DNA from: Acidimicrobiales bacterium
GTDB taxonomy: Bacteria > Actinomycetota > Acidimicrobiia > Acidimicrobiales > CADCSY01
Assembly: GCA_038255685.1 (NCBI GenBank)
Contig: JBBSLC010000003.1
Coordinates: 1 to 40,649 of the forward strand
Direction of reading: 5' to 3'
DNA length: 40,649 nucleotides
A program made the position numbers and the translations under genes. The notes below the pieces were generated by a model. That model ran no database searches and had not been told where the DNA came from. It was given only the letters and a program-made list of their open reading frames with translations. This document shows, piece by piece, positions 8,775 through 20,280 of the stretch. How positions within the stretch are numbered: position 1 is the first letter of the stretch; each line of letters opens with the position of its first letter.

Positions 8775-10697
8775 GTGCTGCCCCGCATCGTGCTCACCGA
8801 CATCCAGCCAAAGACCCCCTCGGGCGCCTTCCCGGCAAAGGCGGCGATCGGCGACACGTTTGCCGTCTCAGCCGACATCTTCAAGGACGGCCACGACATC
8901 CTCGCCGCCAGGGTCCACGTCCCCGAGGAGGGCCTCCGGGTGCCGCTGACCCACGTCGGCAACGATCGCTGGGAGGGCCAGGTCACGCTGGCGGAGGTCG
9001 GGTTGCACCAGCTGGTGCTGGAAGCCTGGCCCGACCGCTTCGCCACATGGCGCCGTGACACCACTGCCAAGGCAGGGGCCGGCCAGGACGTCACGACGGA
9101 GATCGAGGAGGGCGCACGACTCCTCGAGGCGCTCGCCCCCGAGGTGCCCGAGGTCCGCCGGCCGATGGTGGTCGAGGCTGCCGCTGCGCTCCGTCGGACG
9201 TCGTGCACGACCGAGGTGCGGCTCAACGCCGGTCTCGACGACGCCGTGTCGGCAGCGGTCGCCGGCGTCGCGCTGCCCGACGACGTCACCGTCGAGTCGG
9301 TGCCGCTGTGGGTCGACCGGCGGCGGGGCCTGTTCTCGAGCTGGTACGAGCTGTTCCCTCGTTCCGAGGGTGGCTTCGCCGGCGCGGCCAAGCGCCTGCC
9401 TGCCGTGGCGGAGATGGGCTTCGACGTCGTCTACCTGCCGCCGATCCACCCCATCGGCACCACCGCCCGCAAGGGCAAGAACAACGCCGTCGAGGCGGCG
9501 CCGGACGACGTCGGCAGCCCGTGGGCCATCGGCGGTCCTGAGGGCGGCCACCTCGACATCCACCCCGACCTCGGCACGGCGTCGGAGCTGCGGGACCTCG
9601 TCGCAGACGCGCAGGCCCTCGGCATGGAGATCGCCCTCGACTACGCGCTGCAGTGCTCCCCGGACCACCCCTGGGTGACCGAGCACCCCGAGTGGTTCCA
9701 CCACCGGCCCGACGGCACCATCAAGTACGCCGAGAACCCGCCCAAGAAGTACCAGGACATCTACCCGATCAACTTCTGGCCCGAGGCGGAGTCCGAGCGC
9801 GCTGCGCTGTGGGAGGCCTGCAAGGCGATCTTCGACCACTGGATCGGCGAGGGCATCCGCATCTTCCGGGTCGACAACCCCCACACCAAGCCGATGGCGT
9901 TCTGGGCGTGGGTCATCCCAGCCGTGCAAGAGGAGCACCCAGACGTGCTCTTCCTGGCCGAGGCGTTCACTCGGCCCAAGGTCATGGCCCGCCTGGCCGA
10001 GGTCGGCTTCACCCTCAGCTACACGTACTTCACGTGGCGGACGACCAAGGACGAGCTCACCGAGTACGTGACCGAGCTCGAGACGGGGCCGACGTCCACC
10101 TTCATGCGGCCGAGCTTCTGGCCGAACACGCCTGACATCCTCGCCGACCCGCTGCGGGACGGGTCGCCGGCTGCGTTCCGACTCCGCCTGCTGCTGGCTG
10201 CCACCCTGTCACCGTCGTACGGCATCTACAGCGGCTACGAGCTGTGCGAGAACGAGCCGCAGAGCGAGGCCAACGAGGAGTACCTCGCATCGGAGAAGTA
10301 CGAGCTCAAGGCGAGGGACTGGTCAGACCCGGGCTCCCTCGCCCCGCTGGTCACCCGTCTGAACCAGATCCGCAACGACCACCCAGCGCTGCAGCGACTC
10401 GGTGGCACCCACTTCCACCACAGCGGCAAGGACCAGCTGCTCGTCTACAGCCGCACGAGCGCCGACGGCAGCGACGTCCTGCTGTGCATCGTCAACCTCG
10501 ATCCCGAGGTTTGGCAGGAGGACACCCTGCACCTCGACCTCGCCGAGCTCGGCATCGCCGACGGCGAGCCGTACCTCGCCCACGACCTGCTGAGCGACCA
10601 GCACTTCACCTGGCACGGATCGGCGCCGTACGTCCGACTGGACCCGGCGGAGACGCCCGGCCACGTGCTCCACCTCCGGACGGATCGGACCTCATGA
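8775..10697 (+). CDS. glgE: alpha-1,4-glucan:maltose-1-phosphate maltosyltransferase (GH13_3)
   Basis: [47 protein letters not shown] and NTPDIL. GTG 8775 follows a purine-rich SD-like run. Confidence 0.96.
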   Translation: MLPRIVLTDIQPKTPSGAFPAKAAIGDTFAVSADIFKDGHDILAARVHVPEEGLRVPLTHVGNDRWEGQVTLAEVGLHQLVLEAWPDRFATWRRDTTAKAGAGQDVTTEIEEGARLLEALAPEVPEVRRPMVVEAAAALRRTSCTTEVRLNAGLDDAVSAAVAGVALPDDVTVESVPLWVDRRRGLFSSWYELFPRSEGGFAGAAKRLPAVAEMGFDVVYLPPIHPIGTTARKGKNNAVEAAPDDVGSPWAIGGPEGGHLDIHPDLGTASELRDLVADAQALGMEIALDYALQCSPDHPWVTEHPEWFHHRPDGTIKYAENPPKKYQDIYPINFWPEAESERAALWEACKAIFDHWIGEGIRIFRVDNPHTKPMAFWAWVIPAVQEEHPDVLFLAEAFTRPKVMARLAEVGFTLSYTYFTWRTTKDELTEYVTELETGPTSTFMRPSFWPNTPDILADPLRDGSPAAFRLRLLLAATLSPSYGIYSGYELCENEPQSEANEEYLASEKYELKARDWSDPGSLAPLVTRLNQIRNDHPALQRLGGTHFHHSGKDQLLVYSRTSADGSDVLLCIVNLDPEVWQEDTLHLDLAELGIADGEPYLAHDLLSDQHFTWHGSAPYVRLDPAETPGHVLHLRTDRTS

Positions 10698-12412
10698 CCG
10701 AGCCACAGCGCCCGACGAACCTCTGGCTCCCCGACGACGACAGCTGGTTCAAGAAGGCCGTGTTCTACGAGGTGCTCCTCCGGGGGTTCAACGACAGCAA
10801 CGACGACGGGACCGGCGACCTCGTCGGGCTCACCGAGAAGCTCGACTACCTCGAGTGGCTCGGTGTCGACTGCCTCTGGCTGCTCCCGTTCTACGAGTCC
10901 CCGCTCCGAGACGGCGGCTACGACATCTCCGACTTCTTCAACGTCCTGCCCGAGTACGGCACGATCGGTGACGCCGCCAACCTCATCGAGGAGGCGCACC
11001 GCCGCGGCATCCGGGTCATCGCCGACATGGTCATGAACCACACGAGCGATGCCCACCCCTGGTTCCAGGAGAGCCGCAAGGACCGCACGAACGACAAGGC
11101 CGACTGGTACGTCTGGAACGACGACGACACCCGTTGGTCGGAGGCTCGGATCATCTTCACCGACACCGAGGTCTCGAACTGGACGCTCGACCCGGTGCGG
11201 GGCCAGTACTACTGGCACCGCTTCTTCCACCACCAGCCCGACCTCAACTACGACAACCCCGAGGTCGCCCAGGGGATGCTCGACGTCGTCCGGTTCTGGC
11301 TCGACCTCGGCCTCGACGGCTTCCGCCTCGACGCCGTGCCCTACCTGTTCGAGCGGGACGGGACCGACGGGGAGAACCTCAAGGAGACCCACGACTACCT
11401 GAAGCTGCTCCGCAAGGAGATCGACACCAGCCACCCCGGCACGGTGGTCCTCGCCGAGGCGAACCAGTGGCCCGCTGACGTCGTCGACTACTTCGGCGAC
11501 GACGACGAGTGCCACATGTGCTTCCACTTCCCGCTCATGCCCCGGATGTACATGGCCCTGCGGCGAGAGGAGCGCCACCCCATCACCGAGATCCTGGCCC
11601 AGACGCCGGCCATCCCCGACGGGTGCCAGTGGGGCATCTTCCTCAGGAACCACGACGAGCTCACCCTCGAGATGGTCACCGACGAGGAGCGGGACTACAT
11701 GTACGCGGAGTACGCGAACGACCCCCGCATGAAGATCAACGTGGGCATCCGCCGCCGCCTCGCGCCGTTGCTCGACAACGACCGACGGGTCGCCGAGCTG
11801 TTCCACGCCCTGCTCTACAGCCTCCCGGGCTCGCCGATCATGTACTACGGCGACGAGATCCTCATGGGGGACAACATCTACCTCGGCGACCGAGACGGCG
11901 TGCGGACACCGATGCAGTGGACGCCGGACCGCAACGGCGGGTTCTCCAAGGCCGACTTCGCCCAGCTCTACCTCCCGTCCCTGATGGACCCGGTGTACGG
12001 CTACAGCGCGGTCAACGTGGAGTCCCAGCAGCGCAACCCGAGCTCGTTCCTCCACTGGATCAGGCGGATGCTCGAGGTGCGCAAGGCCCACCCGGTGTTC
12101 GGGATCGGCTCCTTCGAGGTCTTGTCGGCGGAGAACCCGTCGGTCCTCGCCTTCATCCGCGAGACCGTCGACGAGGCGACGGGCCAGCGCGACGTCGTGC
12201 TGTGCGTGAGCAACCTCAGTCGCTTCGCCCAGCCCGTCGAGCTGCAGCTCGCCCACTTCGAGGGGTGGGTGCCCCACGAGCTGCTGGGCAGGGTCCCCTT
12301 CCCGCCCATCGGGGAGCTGCCCTACTTCGTGACCCTCGCCCCCTACGGCTTCTACTGGTTCTCGCTGACCGAGGGCGCCAGCTCGACCGACCCCACGACG
12401 GAGATCTCGTGA
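10694..12412 (+). CDS. treS: trehalose synthase (maltose alpha-D-glucosyltransferase)
   Basis: [23 protein letters not shown] and [15 protein letters not shown] overlap with glgE. Confidence 0.96.
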   Translation: MTEPQRPTNLWLPDDDSWFKKAVFYEVLLRGFNDSNDDGTGDLVGLTEKLDYLEWLGVDCLWLLPFYESPLRDGGYDISDFFNVLPEYGTIGDAANLIEEAHRRGIRVIADMVMNHTSDAHPWFQESRKDRTNDKADWYVWNDDDTRWSEARIIFTDTEVSNWTLDPVRGQYYWHRFFHHQPDLNYDNPEVAQGMLDVVRFWLDLGLDGFRLDAVPYLFERDGTDGENLKETHDYLKLLRKEIDTSHPGTVVLAEANQWPADVVDYFGDDDECHMCFHFPLMPRMYMALRREERHPITEILAQTPAIPDGCQWGIFLRNHDELTLEMVTDEERDYMYAEYANDPRMKINVGIRRRLAPLLDNDRRVAELFHALLYSLPGSPIMYYGDEILMGDNIYLGDRDGVRTPMQWTPDRNGGFSKADFAQLYLPSLMDPVYGYSAVNVESQQRNPSSFLHWIRRMLEVRKAHPVFGIGSFEVLSAENPSVLAFIRETVDEATGQRDVVLCVSNLSRFAQPVELQLAHFEGWVPHELLGRVPFPPIGELPYFVTLAPYGFYWFSLTEGASSTDPTTEIS

Positions 12413-13740
12413 TCGACACCGCGACGCTCGAGAAGGTCCTGCACGACCACCTCCCGAAGCAGCGGTGGTTCGCCGGAGGCGACGACCCTGCGCCGGCGGT
12501 CCGGGTGGCGTCGGTGAAGGTCTTGAAGGGGGACTGGCCCGTGCTGCTCCACGTGGTCGCCGAGGCGGCCCACGGTGCTGCGGGCGCCACCCCCTACCAG
12601 CTCCTCATCGGCCTGCGTCCGCCCGAGGAGCTCGAGGTGTTCCTCGAGGGCAAGGTCGAGGCCTACATCGGCGAGGTCGAGACCGAGCTCGGGCCGGCGC
12701 ACGCCTACGACGCCGTCTTCGACCCCGAGCTCGCCATCCACCTCCTCCACCACATCGCACCAGGCGCCGACGCCGAACGGGCGCGCGTCCTGCACGTCGA
12801 GCAGTCGAACACCTCGATCATCTACGACGAGAAGCTCTTCCTGAAGCTGTTCCGCCAGCTCTCCGCCGGGGGCAACCCCGACATCGAGGTCACGACCGCA
12901 CTCGCCGCCGCTGGCTTCGCCGGTGTCGCTGCACCCCTCGGCGTCTGGCAGGAGGACGACTTCGACCTCGCCGTCGTCAACGAGTTCCTCGCCGGCGGTT
13001 CCGAGGGCTTCGCGCTCGCCCTCAACTCGCTCCGCGACCTCTACGACCGTCGCGAGCCTCCCGAGGCGTGCGGTGGCGACTTCGCGCCCGAGGCCCGCCG
13101 GCTCGGGATCATCACCGCCCGGCTCCACCTCGCCATGGCCGAGGCGTTCGGGACGACGGACCCTGACGCGTCGGCGTGGGCCGCCGACATGGTCGGCCAG
13201 CTCGAACGGCTGGGTGACGTCGGGATCGACACCGGCGCGGCACGAGCGGTCTACGAGCGCCTCGCCTCGGCGACGGACGTCGGGCGCGCCACCCGCATCC
13301 ACGGTGACTACCACCTCGGCCAGGTCATGCGCACCGACGCCGGCTGGTTCGTCCTCGACTTCGAGGGTGAGCCGAACCGGCCCGTCGAAGAGCGCCGCCG
13401 CCCCTCCTCGCCGTTGCGAGACGTGGCCGGGATGGTCCGCTCCTTCCACTATGCGACCGCTGTCGCCATCCGGGACCGGGGGGACGAGGTCGTCGACGAG
13501 GAGCTGGCCGAGCTGGCCCGGGCGTGGGAGGCGCGCAACACCTTCGCCTTCCGCGAGGGCTACCGCGCCGTCGAGGGCATCGATGCCCTCCTGCCGAGCG
13601 ATCCCGCTGCCTGCGACCTCGTCGAAGCCTCGTTCGAGCTCGACAAGGCCATCTACGAGGTGGGCTACGAGCTCAGCCACCGCCCCGACTGGGTCGTCAT
13701 CCCCCGAGCCGCCGTCGATCGCCTGCTGGAGGCGCCATGA
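12409..13740 (+). CDS. mak: maltokinase (Pep2/Mak)
   Basis: [35 protein letters not shown] and [12 protein letters not shown] overlap with treS. Confidence 0.93.
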   Translation: MIDTATLEKVLHDHLPKQRWFAGGDDPAPAVRVASVKVLKGDWPVLLHVVAEAAHGAAGATPYQLLIGLRPPEELEVFLEGKVEAYIGEVETELGPAHAYDAVFDPELAIHLLHHIAPGADAERARVLHVEQSNTSIIYDEKLFLKLFRQLSAGGNPDIEVTTALAAAGFAGVAAPLGVWQEDDFDLAVVNEFLAGGSEGFALALNSLRDLYDRREPPEACGGDFAPEARRLGIITARLHLAMAEAFGTTDPDASAWAADMVGQLERLGDVGIDTGAARAVYERLASATDVGRATRIHGDYHLGQVMRTDAGWFVLDFEGEPNRPVEERRRPSSPLRDVAGMVRSFHYATAVAIRDRGDEVVDEELAELARAWEARNTFAFREGYRAVEGIDALLPSDPAACDLVEASFELDKAIYEVGYELSHRPDWVVIPRAAVDRLLEAP

Positions 13741-16016
13741 CACCCGTGAACCGCACCACCTCGCCGAGCCCGGACCCGTCGAAGGAGGACGCCGCCATCG
13801 CCCAGCTCGTCGAGGGTCGTCACGGCGACCCGCACTCGGTCCTCGGTGCGCACCCGACCGGCGCGGGCTCGATGATCGTCCGCACGCTGCGCCCCGATGC
13901 CACCGGCGCGTCCGTGGTGCTGGCCGATGGTGTGACCGTGGCGATGGAGCAGGTGCACCCAGCGGGCGTGTTCGCGGCCACCGTCCCCCTCGCCAAGGGC
14001 AAGGCGACCAAGGGCGAGGCGAAGGGCGACGACGCATCGATGCCGGCCTACGGGCTCGAGGTGCGCTACGGCGACGACGCCTTTCCCGTGGACGACCCGT
14101 ACCGGTTCTGGCCCACCCTCGGCGATGTCGACCTGCACCTGATCGGTGAGGGTCGCCACGAACGCCTGTGGGAGGTGCTCGGCTCGCGCGTCCGCGAGCA
14201 CCAGGGCATCGCCGGCACCTCGTTCGCGGTGTGGGCGCCGAGCGCGCAGGCGGCCCGGGTCGTCGGAGACTTCAACGGCTGGGACGGGCGCCTCCACCCG
14301 ATGCGCTCCCTCGGGTCGAGCGGCGTCTGGGAGCTCTTCATCCCCGGGGTGGCTGCGGGTGCCCGCTACAAGTACGAGCTCGTCACCCCCGAGGGCGCCC
14401 TGCGGCTCAAGGCCGACCCGATGGCCTTCGAGGCCGAGCACCCGCCCGGTCAGTCGAGCATCGTCACCGAGAGCCGCTACGAGTGGGGCGATGCCGAGTG
14501 GCTGTCGCAGCGGGCCGCGGCCGACCCGATGCGGGCTCCGATGTCCGCCTACGAGGTGCACCTCGGCTCGTGGCGGACCGTGCCCGAAGAGGGCGACCGG
14601 CCGCTCACGTACCGCGAGATGGCGACGGTCCTCGTCGACCACGTCGCCGACCTCGGGTTCACCCACGTCGAGCTGATGCCGGTGAGCGAGCACCCGTACA
14701 CGCCCTCGTGGGGCTACCAGGTCTCCTCGTACTTCGCTCCCACCTCCCGCTTCGGGACGCCGGACGACTTCCGGGCCCTCGTCGACGCGTTCCACGCGCG
14801 TGGCATCGGCGTGATCGTGGACTGGGTCCCCGCCCACTTCCCCAAGGACGACTGGGCCCTCGCCCGCTTCGACGGCACCGCCCTCTACGAGCACGCCGAC
14901 CCCCGCCAGGGCGAGCACCCCGACTGGGGGACGCTCGTCTTCAACTTCGGGCGGAACGAGGTCCGCAACTTCCTCATGGCGAGCGCCCTCTACTGGATCG
15001 AGGAGCTGCACATCGACGGCCTGCGAGTCGACGCCGTCGCTTCGATGCTCTACCTCGACTACTCCCGCAAGGACGGCGAGTGGGTGCCGAACGAGCACGG
15101 GGGCCGGGAGAACCTCGAGGCCGTGTCGTTCCTCCAGGAGGTCAACACCGTCGTGCACGGCCGGTACCCGGGCGTGCTGACCATCGCCGAGGAGTCGACA
15201 GCGTGGCCCGGCGTCAGCCGTCCCGTGCACCTCGGCGGGCTCGGCTTCGGTCACAAGTGGAACATGGGCTGGATGCACGACACGCTCGAGTACTTCGCCA
15301 AGGACCCGATCCACCGGCGCTTCCACCACCACCAGCTCACGTTCGGGCTGATCTACGCCTTCAGCGAGAACTTCGTGCTGCCCCTCAGCCACGACGAGGT
15401 CGTCCACGGCAAGGGCTCGCTGCTCGGGAAGATGCCCGGTGACCGCTGGCAGCAGCTCGCCAACCTCCGGGCGCTCTACGCCTGGATGTGGGCGCACCCT
15501 GGCAAGCAGCTGCTGTTCATGGGTTGTGAGATCGCGCAGGAGCGCGAGTGGTCGGAGTCGAGGAGCCTCGACTGGCACCTGCTCGACGATCCCGGGCACG
15601 CCGGGATCCGAGACCTCGTCCGCGACCTCAACCACCTCCACGTCGCCGAGCCAGCGCTGTGGACCGGTGACTTCACCGCCGAGGGCTTCCGCTGGGTCGA
15701 CGCCAACGACGCCGACCAGAGCTGCATCTCCTTCCTCCGCCTCCCTGTCGGTGTCGACGGCGGCCCGGGCGATGGCCGACCGGTGCAGGCGATCGGCAAC
15801 CTCACGCCCGTCCCCCGCTACGGCTACCGGGTGGGCCTGCCGCAGGGTGGTCGGTGGCGCGTGCTGCTCAACTCCGACGCCCTCGCCTACGGCGGCAGCG
15901 GCATCGACGTCGGCCCGACCTTGGAGGCCGAGGACCGGGAGTGGCACGGCCTCGACCACTCAGCCGTGCTGACGCTGCCGCCGCTCGGCGTGGTCTGGCT
16001 CGCACCGGAGGACTGA
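13737..16016 (+). CDS. glgB: 1,4-alpha-glucan branching enzyme (GH13_9)
   Basis: [33 protein letters not shown] and [13 protein letters not shown] overlap with mak. Confidence 0.96.
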   Translation: MTPVNRTTSPSPDPSKEDAAIAQLVEGRHGDPHSVLGAHPTGAGSMIVRTLRPDATGASVVLADGVTVAMEQVHPAGVFAATVPLAKGKATKGEAKGDDASMPAYGLEVRYGDDAFPVDDPYRFWPTLGDVDLHLIGEGRHERLWEVLGSRVREHQGIAGTSFAVWAPSAQAARVVGDFNGWDGRLHPMRSLGSSGVWELFIPGVAAGARYKYELVTPEGALRLKADPMAFEAEHPPGQSSIVTESRYEWGDAEWLSQRAAADPMRAPMSAYEVHLGSWRTVPEEGDRPLTYREMATVLVDHVADLGFTHVELMPVSEHPYTPSWGYQVSSYFAPTSRFGTPDDFRALVDAFHARGIGVIVDWVPAHFPKDDWALARFDGTALYEHADPRQGEHPDWGTLVFNFGRNEVRNFLMASALYWIEELHIDGLRVDAVASMLYLDYSRKDGEWVPNEHGGRENLEAVSFLQEVNTVVHGRYPGVLTIAEESTAWPGVSRPVHLGGLGFGHKWNMGWMHDTLEYFAKDPIHRRFHHHQLTFGLIYAFSENFVLPLSHDEVVHGKGSLLGKMPGDRWQQLANLRALYAWMWAHPGKQLLFMGCEIAQEREWSESRSLDWHLLDDPGHAGIRDLVRDLNHLHVAEPALWTGDFTAEGFRWVDANDADQSCISFLRLPVGVDGGPGDGRPVQAIGNLTPVPRYGYRVGLPQGGRWRVLLNSDALAYGGSGIDVGPTLEAEDREWHGLDHSAVLTLPPLGVVWLAPED

Positions 16017-16062
16017 GCCCGAAGCCGTTCACCGCGGCCTGCGAACGGCCGATGGATGGAGG

Positions 16063-17802
16063 ATGAACACCAGGCTCCCGCCCGTGGCCCACGATGGGGT
16101 GGTGCACCCCCGTCCGGCTCGCGCCCTGGCCGTCCACTGCCACTTCTACCAACCGCCGCGCGAGAACCCCTGGACCGAGGAGGTCGGGATCGAGCTGTCG
16201 GCGGCGCCGGCACACGACTGGAACGAGCGCATCACCGACGAGAGCTACCGGCCCAACGGCTGGGCCGAGGTGCTCGACCACGGAGACGTGGTCGGCGTCG
16301 TCAACAACTACGCCAACCTGAGCTTCAACGTCGGCCCCACCCTGACGTCGTGGCTGGCCGCGCACGCACCCGATGTCCTCGGCCGGATGGTGGAGGGCGA
16401 CCGCGCCGGGGGTGGCGCCGTGGCGCAGGCGTACAACCACGCCATCCTCCCCCTCGCCGACGAGGCCGACGTCCGGACCCAGGTGCGGTGGGGCCTGGCC
16501 GACTTCCGCCACCGCTTCGGGCGGGAGGCGACCGGCATGTGGCTGCCCGAGGCAGCGGTCAGCGACCTCGTCCTCGCGGTGCTGGCCGAGGAGGGCGTCG
16601 GCTTCACGATCCTCGCCCCGGGCCAGGCCGCACGGGTCCGTCCGCTCGCCGCTGGTGGGGAGGTGGACCACGGACAGCCGTGGCACGACGTCTCCGGCGC
16701 CTCCGTGGACGGACGGAGGACCTACCGCTGGGTGCACCCGAGCGATCCGACGCTCGGCGTCGACCTCGTCTTCTACGACGGCTCGCTCTCCCACGACCTC
16801 GCCTTCAGCATCGGCTCGCTGCCGGCAGCCGTCCTCATCGACCGGGCGCTCGCGCATGCCCATGACGGGGGGCTCGTGTGCGCGGCGACGGACGGCGAGA
16901 CGTTCGGTCACCACCACCGACACGCCGAGCGGGCCCTGGCGTGGGCCCTGCCGCACGCCGCCCCCGAGGCCGGGCTCGACGTCACCACCGTGACCGCGCA
17001 CGTGCGCTCGCACCCCCCGACGTGGCAGGCCGAGGTGGCGATCTCGGCGTGGTCGTGTGCCCACGGCGTCGGCCGATGGTCGTCGGACTGCGGGTGCACC
17101 ACCGGCGGGCCAGGCGACACGCACGGCCGATGGCGGGCGCCGCTGAGGGCCGCGCTCGACATCGTGCGTGACGAGGGGCGCGCCGTGTTCGCCCGGCGCG
17201 CCCCCGGTGTGCTCATCGACCCGGTGGCTGCGCTCGACGCCTACGTGGAGGTGCTCATCGGCGCGCGGTCGGCCGGGGACTTCGCGGCAGCTCACGTCCT
17301 CGGCGGCAACGCCGCGTCGCTCGCCACCGTCGAGGCGCTCACCCTGCTCGAGCAGCAGCGCCAAGCCCAGCTGATGTACACGAGCTGCGCGTGGTTCTTC
17401 TGGGACGTGTCGGGTCTGGAGACGGTCCAGGTGCTGCGCTACGCCGCCCGAGCGATGGACCTGCTGGCCGAGCTCGGAGAGGAGCCCCCGCTGCGGTCGT
17501 TCCTCGAGGTCTTGGCGACGTCGGCGAGCAACCTCGCCGACGAGGGGAGCGGCCTTGACATCTGGCACCGCCACGTGGTGACGGCGCGGGTGACGCCAGC
17601 TGACGTCGCAGCCATCGTCGCCGAGGCGCTCGCCGCCTGCCTCCCGGTCGTGGGCACGGTCGTCGCAGGTCATCGCGTCGCTGCTGCCACCGGCACCCTC
17701 GACGGGCGCCACTGGGCGGGCACGGTGCTCCTCGTCCACGCCCGCACCCTGCGCCGCTCAGAGCACAGGGTGCGCAGCGAGGTCAGCGCGATCGCCGTCT
17801 AG
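16063..17802 (+). CDS. GH57 glycoside hydrolase, DUF3536-associated type (alternative start GTG 16102)
   Basis: HCHFYQPPRENPW, SFNVGPTL, QAYNHAILPLA, GMWLPE (nucleophile), ATDGETFGHH (acid/base), WSCAHGVGRW and MYTSCAWF. Confidence 0.88.
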   Translation: MNTRLPPVAHDGVVHPRPARALAVHCHFYQPPRENPWTEEVGIELSAAPAHDWNERITDESYRPNGWAEVLDHGDVVGVVNNYANLSFNVGPTLTSWLAAHAPDVLGRMVEGDRAGGGAVAQAYNHAILPLADEADVRTQVRWGLADFRHRFGREATGMWLPEAAVSDLVLAVLAEEGVGFTILAPGQAARVRPLAAGGEVDHGQPWHDVSGASVDGRRTYRWVHPSDPTLGVDLVFYDGSLSHDLAFSIGSLPAAVLIDRALAHAHDGGLVCAATDGETFGHHHRHAERALAWALPHAAPEAGLDVTTVTAHVRSHPPTWQAEVAISAWSCAHGVGRWSSDCGCTTGGPGDTHGRWRAPLRAALDIVRDEGRAVFARRAPGVLIDPVAALDAYVEVLIGARSAGDFAAAHVLGGNAASLATVEALTLLEQQRQAQLMYTSCAWFFWDVSGLETVQVLRYAARAMDLLAELGEEPPLRSFLEVLATSASNLADEGSGLDIWHRHVVTARVTPADVAAIVAEALAACLPVVGTVVAGHRVAAATGTLDGRHWAGTVLLVHARTLRRSEHRVRSEVSAIAV

Positions 17803-17814
17803 CGATGGGTCTGA

Positions 17815-18036
17815 TCAGTGCTCGTGGTCGATGCGCGCCACGATGAGCTGCTTGCCCATGTCGGCCGTGCGCCGGTAGCCCTGCTGGACCTGCTGGAAGA
17901 AGGTCTTGAGCTCGTCGTCCACCCCGTCGTCGTCGAGGTACTGCTGGATCGTCTCCGCCCCCTGGAGGGCGTGGTACACGACGCTGATCACGTTGTAGGT
18001 CGGGTCACTGGTGCCGGTTGCCTGCTTGTCGCTCAT
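17815..18036 (-). CDS. small conserved hypothetical protein (two-helix, half-ferritin-like)
   Basis: 73 aa with TGTSDPTYNVISVVYHALQGAET...DDELKTFFQQ and strongly coding-like codon usage. Confidence 0.75.
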   Translation of the reverse strand: MSDKQATGTSDPTYNVISVVYHALQGAETIQQYLDDDGVDDELKTFFQQVQQGYRRTADMGKQLIVARIDHEH

Positions 18037-18047
18037 GGGTGGACCCT

Positions 18048-18071
18048 GTCCCCGAGCGCCGATGAGCACAC
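18048..18071 (-). promoter_or_regulatory. possible SigB/SigF-type promoter (GTGT-N14-GGGGAC)
   Basis: Imperfect match to GNNT-N14-16-GGGTAC, ending 11 nt upstream of ATG 18036. Confidence 0.3.
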
Positions 18072-18079
18072 CTGCGCCG

Positions 18080-18517
18080 TCAGTGCTCGAAGCCGGCGCG
18101 CAGCCGGCGGAGGTTGCCCCGCCAGATGAGCTTGAGGATCCTCGCCCCGACGATGCCGCCGACGGGCCCCCCGAGCCACCAGGGGAAGGTGAGGCGCTCC
18201 TCCCAGGTGAAGCGGGTCCGGCCCCGGCGCGCCCGGCGCAGCGTGAAGCGCCCGTTGCCGGTGACGACGCCGACGTGACGCACGCCCATCTCCTTGCCCT
18301 CGACCCACGACGTCACCTCCATCACGTCGGTGAGGGTGATGGGGCCGACCTTGGTGTCGCACTCGAAGGTGGTCCCCATGCCGGCGCGACGGCTCGAGGT
18401 GAAGCGGATGGCTTCGGCGTCGGCCATCCAACCGACGTGGGACGAGATGTCGCGCACCTGCGCCCACACGGCTGCGGGTGGGGCTGCGATCGTGGTGCTG
18501 ACCTTGATCCGCGGCAC
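18080..18517 (-). CDS. SRPBCC/START (polyketide cyclase-like) family protein
   Basis: IKVSTTIAAPPAAVWAQVRDISSHVGWM...GTTFEC...TRFTWEE and a C-terminal helix with NLRRL. GTG is 2 nt after the galT-like stop. Confidence 0.85.
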   Translation of the reverse strand: MPRIKVSTTIAAPPAAVWAQVRDISSHVGWMADAEAIRFTSSRRAGMGTTFECDTKVGPITLTDVMEVTSWVEGKEMGVRHVGVVTGNGRFTLRRARRGRTRFTWEERLTFPWWLGGPVGGIVGARILKLIWRGNLRRLRAGFEH

Positions 18518-18519
18518 GA

Positions 18520-19497
18520 TCAGGTCGGCGGTCGGCGGAGCTCGTCGGCAGCCAGCTCGGGCGGGACGATGTTGATCAGCACGCCGGTGCCGAGCTCGAA
18601 GCCAGCGCGCGTGGTCAGCTTGGGGAGCACGTGCGCGTGCCAGTGGAACGAGCCGTCGTGGCCGTGCGGTGAGGTGTGGAACACGATGTTGTAGGCGACG
18701 TCGCCGAGGCGCTCCCGCAGCATGGCGAGCACGGTTCGCAACGATCGCCCGACGGCGGCGATGTCCGCAGGCTTGGCCCGGTCGACGTGGGCCTCGTGGG
18801 AGCGGGGGATGACGAGCAGCTCGAACGGCGTGCCGCTCCAGTAGGGGCACACCACCACGGCGAGGTCGTCCTCCAGCACCGTGCGGTGCCCGGCCTCGAC
18901 CTCGGCCTCGAGGGTCGTGCACATCAGGCAGCCGCCGACGAAGCGAGCGAAGCCTGCCTCCTCCTCGGCGATGTCGCGTGGGACGAACGGGATGCCGAGG
19001 AGCTGGCCGTGCGGGTGGGCGATCGACGCCCCTGCCTCGCGCCCGTGGTTCACGATCGCTTGGGTGTACCGCACGCCTTCGACCCCGGCGTGCGCCTCGA
19101 CTCGATCGCGCAGCGCGCCCATGACCAGGTCGACCTGGTCGTCGTCGAGGTCGGCCCAGGAGTCGTCGTGGTCGGCCGTCAGGACGAGCACCTCGTGGAT
19201 GCCCGACGCCGGCGCCTGGGTGAAGACGGGACCGAGGTGGGTCACGGCCAGGCGGTCCTCGCCGTAGAACGCCGGGTACAGGTTGGGGACGACCCGCACG
19301 AGCCACTGGCCGGACGGCCCGTAGGTCTCGAGTGCGGGAGGGGTCGACTCCTCGTTCCCTGCGCAGAACGGGCAGGGCCGGTCGGACTCGGCCTCGACGG
19401 GCAGTGCCCGCTGGTCGAAGGCCGCTGGTCGCGACGCCCGGTCACCGGTGACGGTGACCCAGCGGCCGGCGAGGGGGTTCAATCGGAGTTGGCTCAC
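18520..19497 (-). CDS. galT: GalT-family hexose-1-phosphate nucleotidyltransferase
   Basis: CPFC, PNLYPA, HEV, NHGREAGASIAHPHGQ (HxHxQ), CLMC, FHWH and AGFELGTG. Confidence 0.88.
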   Translation of the reverse strand: MSQLRLNPLAGRWVTVTGDRASRPAAFDQRALPVEAESDRPCPFCAGNEESTPPALETYGPSGQWLVRVVPNLYPAFYGEDRLAVTHLGPVFTQAPASGIHEVLVLTADHDDSWADLDDDQVDLVMGALRDRVEAHAGVEGVRYTQAIVNHGREAGASIAHPHGQLLGIPFVPRDIAEEEAGFARFVGGCLMCTTLEAEVEAGHRTVLEDDLAVVVCPYWSGTPFELLVIPRSHEAHVDRAKPADIAAVGRSLRTVLAMLRERLGDVAYNIVFHTSPHGHDGSFHWHAHVLPKLTTRAGFELGTGVLINIVPPELAADELRRPPT

Positions 19498-19509
19498 CGA
19501 TGGACGAGC

Positions 19510-20256
19510 CTACGCCTGCGGACGCTCGTACACCGTCACGTGGCGGGTGTCGTCTGACACGTGCGCCGAGCGGTCCCACGACGCCCACCGGTGGCGGCGG
19601 ACGAGGCCGGCGCCGACCGCCATCTCGTCGAGCTGGTCAGGGGTCGCCCAGCGGATGTGCCAGGGCCGCATGCGGACGCCACCCGCCGAGATGGTGATCG
19701 TCGAGCCGCTGATCGTCTGGGCGATCGGGTCGGCCATCGTCGCCTGGAGCACCACCCGGTCAGCCCCCACCGACGAGGTCGTGAGCCCGCCACCGCTCGG
19801 GGCGGCATCGGGATCAGGGATGAACGCCTCGACCACGAAGGCGCCGCCCGGTCGGAGCCGGTCGGCGACCGCAGCGAAGCAGTGCGCCTGCGCATCGGCG
19901 CTCGGCAGGTTGAACAGGGTGTTGAACGCGACAAAGGCGACGGCGAAGCCTCCGGCCACCTCGACCCCCACCTCGGTGAAGTCGGCGACCACGACGTGGA
20001 CGGCGCCACCGCCTGGCTTGGCGGCGAGGCGCTCGAGCATCGCCGGCGAGGCGTCCACGCCGTGGACCTCGAGGCCGCGAGCGGCGAGGGGGATCGCCAG
20101 GCGACCCGTCCCGACACCGAGCTCGAGCACGGGACCACCGGCAGCGAGGTCGGCGAGCACCTCGACGGTGGCGGCGGCATCGGAGATCTCGCCGTACCAC
20201 TCGTCGTACACGTCGGCGAAGCCCTCGCCGTAGGTGCTGGCGTCGTAGCCTTCCAC
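19510..20256 (-). CDS. class I SAM-dependent methyltransferase
   Basis: YGEGFADVYDEWY, VLELGVGTGRLA, GVDASPAML and LRPGGAFVVE. GAGGGGG precedes GTG 20256. Confidence 0.88.
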   Translation of the reverse strand: MEGYDASTYGEGFADVYDEWYGEISDAAATVEVLADLAAGGPVLELGVGTGRLAIPLAARGLEVHGVDASPAMLERLAAKPGGGAVHVVVADFTEVGVEVAGGFAVAFVAFNTLFNLPSADAQAHCFAAVADRLRPGGAFVVEAFIPDPDAAPSGGGLTTSSVGADRVVLQATMADPIAQTISGSTITISAGGVRMRPWHIRWATPDQLDEMAVGAGLVRRHRWASWDRSAHVSDDTRHVTVYERPQA

Positions 20257-20280
20257 GCCCCCCTCACTAGCATCGCCGCC

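Noticed and set aside
8731-8775. SigF/SigB-type promoter for glgE (GTTT...GGGTG)
   Set aside because: Neither GTTT has an acceptable spacing to a GGGTA-like -10.
10244-13736. Long N-terminal extensions of TreS, Mak and GlgB, or a TreS-Mak fusion
   Set aside because: The extensions overlap upstream genes. True starts are at ATGA/GTGA overlaps, and treS and mak are separate genes in different frames.
13665-15959. 764-aa minus-strand ORF and similar antisense ORFs over treS, glgE, glgP and ligA
   Set aside because: Mirror frames of strongly codon-biased genes with no recognisable domains.
16024-16049. GCCGTTC/GAACGGC stem between glgB and GH57 as a terminator
   Set aside because: Short stem, long loop and no U-tract. 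Too weak to call.
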